Below are positions 62,139-64,000 of a stretch of 64,000 bases of DNA, in pieces. Where the stretch lies: contig JAWXAY010000080.1 in NCBI GenBank assembly GCA_034439715.1, forward strand, positions 2,063 through 66,062, read 5' to 3'. Within the stretch, counting starts at the first letter, position 1. The number at the start of each line of letters is the position of its first letter. The position numbers and the translations under genes are program-made. The notes under the pieces are model-generated. The model was given only the letters and a program-made list of their open reading frames with translations. It was not told the DNA's origin and did no database searches. The stretch comes from Pseudomonadota bacterium. GTDB taxonomy: Bacteria; Bdellovibrionota; Bdellovibrionia; Bdellovibrionales; SG-bin7.

Positions 62139-62864
62139 CTCTTCTACAATTTGGTCTGTTCCCGGTGGGGGATAAGGTTCTAACTCTTTTTTTCTGAGAA
62201 TCGTCTCAAGAGTCTTTGGTTCAGCGCCGAGGTGCCGGGCGATCTGGTAAACTCCGGCCAACGATTTCTTGCGATCCACCAGAGTTAAAACCGTTAGTCC
62301 AATTATTTTTAAATCTAGAGCTAAAGAAATATTTTTTGTGTATAGAAGTGCCAGGCGACTCTTCCAGGGACGTATGAGGCGATTGTAATCTAAGTCAGGA
62401 TTTTTACTAGATTTCAAAATTTGACCTTCGTCCGCAAAAACGATTGAAGCCAGATCAGAAATTCCAGGTTTTACTTCGAGGAGTGATTGCTCGACTGAGG
62501 TATAAAGTTCGGTGCCATGTCTGCTGACCTGGGGCCTAGGGCCGACCACACTCATGTCGCCGATTAAGACGTTCCAGAGTTGAGTGATCTCATCCAATTT
62601 TAAACGACGTACAATATGTCCAATTGGAGTAATGCGGTTATCTTGGTCACTGGTTGAATTGACACCCGTCTTATTCGCGCCTATCGACATAGACCGAAAC
62701 TTAATCATGTCGAAGGGTTTGCCATTTTTTCCTACTCTTTTGGCAATGTAGAATGGAGAATGAAAGTCCTGCAACCAAATGGCCAAAGCGGTTGGTAGTA
62801 GCACGGGAGAAAATACCACAAGGCCTATTGACGAGGCCAGGACATCGAAGAACCGTTTGCTCAC
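62130..62864 (-). CDS. Initiating phosphoglycosyltransferase (bacterial sugar transferase family; PglC/WbaP C-terminal-domain type)
   Basis: KRFFDVLASSIGLVVFSPVL, KFRSM, VVGPRP. I favour the GTG at 62864 (GTGA overlap with the transketolase stop). The track ORF extends to 62915. Confidence 0.85.
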   Translation of the reverse strand: MSKRFFDVLASSIGLVVFSPVLLPTALAIWLQDFHSPFYIAKRVGKNGKPFDMIKFRSMSIGANKTGVNSTSDQDNRITPIGHIVRRLKLDEITQLWNVLIGDMSVVGPRPQVSRHGTELYTSVEQSLLEVKPGISDLASIVFADEGQILKSSKNPDLDYNRLIRPWKSRLALLYTKNISLALDLKIIGLTVLTLVDRKKSLAGVYQIARHLGAEPKTLETILRKKELEPYPPPGTDQIVEELL

Positions 62865-63784
62865 AAGTGTTCCCTCATAGTGGCAACGACTTTTTCGCTG
62901 GTAACTCCGGCCCATTTACACAGGTATTCTCCGTGACCCATTACTTCGGGGAACTTATCAGGAAAGGCGATTTTTCTAAGAGTACCTTTGAAGTTCATTT
63001 CTAACAGCGCTTCAGAAATAATCGTTCCGAGTCCGCCAATGACTGAGTGCTCTTCTACGGTGAAAAGACATTCATAATTTTGAATTAAACTTTGAATGCA
63101 CTCTCGATCTATTGGTTTTAAGGTCGGAAAACTATAAACACCGACCTTAGTTTGATTTTCTCTTTCTAAAATGTCTGCGGCCAATACAGCAGTCTTAAGT
63201 GCACTGCCATAAGAAAGAATAGCCTGCTTTTTGCCAGCGCGGACTTCAATAGCACGGCCCAATGAAATATTTGTGAGTGGCTTTGTGTAAATGTCATCGG
63301 CCTTGCCCTTTACAAGTCGAAGATAGACAGGAGTTTTGCTGTTAATGATATGGGGTAAAAGTACACGAAGTTCAGAAATGTCAGCGGGACAGACAACAGT
63401 CATATTGGGAAAGGCTCGCATAAGGCCAATATCTTCAAGCGCAAAGTGAGTGAGACCCTCCATTCCGTAACCTACGCCAGCACCGACGCCGACAATTTTT
63501 ACTCTCGAATTATGACCGCTGACATCTACTCGAATTTGATCCATGGCTCTAGAAGTGACAAACGGTACCATTGAATAAACGAAAACATTGGCTCCAGCAA
63601 GTGACATTCCCGCTGCGACACTCACCATATTGGCTTCAGCCACTCCGATATTCATAAATTGCTCAGGGCAAGATTCTCTAAATTTATCAAAAAGAGTAAA
63701 GCCGAGGTCAGCAGTGATTATATGAATTGTAGGATCTTGTTTTGCATAATCTAAAAGTGAGCTAACGAATTGACCTCTAAACAT
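62861..63784 (-). CDS. Split transketolase, C-terminal (Pyr + C-terminal domain) subunit
   Basis: 307 aa. GVAEANMVSVAAGMSLAG, VGYGMEGLTHFALEDI, EEHSVIGGLG. Confidence 0.8.
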   Translation of the reverse strand: MFRGQFVSSLLDYAKQDPTIHIITADLGFTLFDKFRESCPEQFMNIGVAEANMVSVAAGMSLAGANVFVYSMVPFVTSRAMDQIRVDVSGHNSRVKIVGVGAGVGYGMEGLTHFALEDIGLMRAFPNMTVVCPADISELRVLLPHIINSKTPVYLRLVKGKADDIYTKPLTNISLGRAIEVRAGKKQAILSYGSALKTAVLAADILERENQTKVGVYSFPTLKPIDRECIQSLIQNYECLFTVEEHSVIGGLGTIISEALLEMNFKGTLRKIAFPDKFPEVMGHGEYLCKWAGVTSEKVVATMREHL

Positions 63785-64000
63785 GTGCCCTCAATTCTGC
63801 TTTGGCATCGGCGAGTTCTTTTTCGTTGGGACAGCGATAGTGCCAGAGAAGTTTATTTTCCATGAATGAAACGCCTTTACCCTTAATGGTATGGGCTATT
63901 AAAACTGTCGGCCTATCCAAAACGCTCTCAGCTTTTTTAAGGTGTTCAACAATTTCACTCGGGTTATGTCCGTCGACTTCATAGGCGTTCCAACCAAAGG
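63777..64000 (-). CDS. Split transketolase, N-terminal (ThDP-binding) subunit, 3' end only
   Basis: My manual translation of the minus strand gives ...WNAYEVDGHNPSEIVEHLKKAESVLDRPTVLIAHTIKGKGVSFMENKLLWHYRCPNEKELADAKAELRAHV*, with the stop at 63777..63779. This overlaps the next gene's start by 8 nt. The gene runs off the window and is not in the ORF track. Confidence 0.7.
   Translation of the reverse strand, partial: FGWNAYEVDGHNPSEIVEHLKKAESVLDRPTVLIAHTIKGKGVSFMENKLLWHYRCPNEKELADAKAELRAHV

Noticed and set aside
1-64000. Window-wide scan for CRISPR arrays, rRNA/tRNA genes, IS elements, integrases and prophage genes
   Set aside because: I saw no regularly spaced direct repeats, no transposase/integrase/recombinase-like translations in the ORF track, and no tRNA-like sequences in intergenic gaps. 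The scan was by eye, so short or degenerate elements could have been missed.

Overview
AT-rich (roughly 40% GC by eye, not computed), gene-dense chromosomal segment from a Gram-negative bacterium. I call about 63 CDS. By eye I found no rRNA, tRNA, CRISPR array, transposase or integrase. The left 12 kb holds the 5' end of fadE and a TIGR03545/TIGR03546-like envelope gene pair. It also holds wbpA- and wbpE-like UDP-sugar genes interleaved with an rsmI-like gene and ttcA, and a RelE/XRE toxin-antitoxin pair. The last element there is an odd four-gene minus-strand unit: a small secreted protein, a membrane-anchored family-5 solute-binding protein with no transporter, a compact YcaO-like protein, and an orphan histidine kinase. 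From 12.2 kb to the right edge lies a ~50 kb surface-polysaccharide super-locus. Its sugar-precursor genes include dTDP-rhamnose genes split 43 kb apart (rfbBA, rfbDC), fdtABC-like genes for dTDP-3-acetamido-3,6-dideoxyhexose, heptose genes (gmhA, hddC-like, hddA-like), kdsA and a CapD/PglF-type dehydratase. Its assembly genes include many GT2 and GT-C-like transferases, a Wzx flippase, a ligase-family protein, a Wzm/Wzt ABC exporter and an initiating phosphoglycosyltransferase coupled to a split transketolase. The strongest finding is a five-gene operon (33495..38750) with the same enzyme set and order as Campylobacter jejuni cj1418c-cj1415c, which make the phosphoramidate donor for the MeOPN capsule decoration. 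Here it carries an extra DHH/DHHA1 phosphoesterase and sits next to a TagF-family transferase, a methyltransferase and wzm/wzt. The second is a nine-gene operon (20694..29851). In it a ColD/E1-type sugar 3-dehydratase (His replacing the PLP lysine) is sandwiched between split ThDP-dependent E1 alpha/beta genes. A B12-radical SAM enzyme, SDRs, gmhA, a nucleotidyltransferase and a flavoprotein follow, suggesting an undescribed branched or C-modified dideoxy sugar. All functional calls rest on motif and recall-level homology read from the translations. No database search was run.
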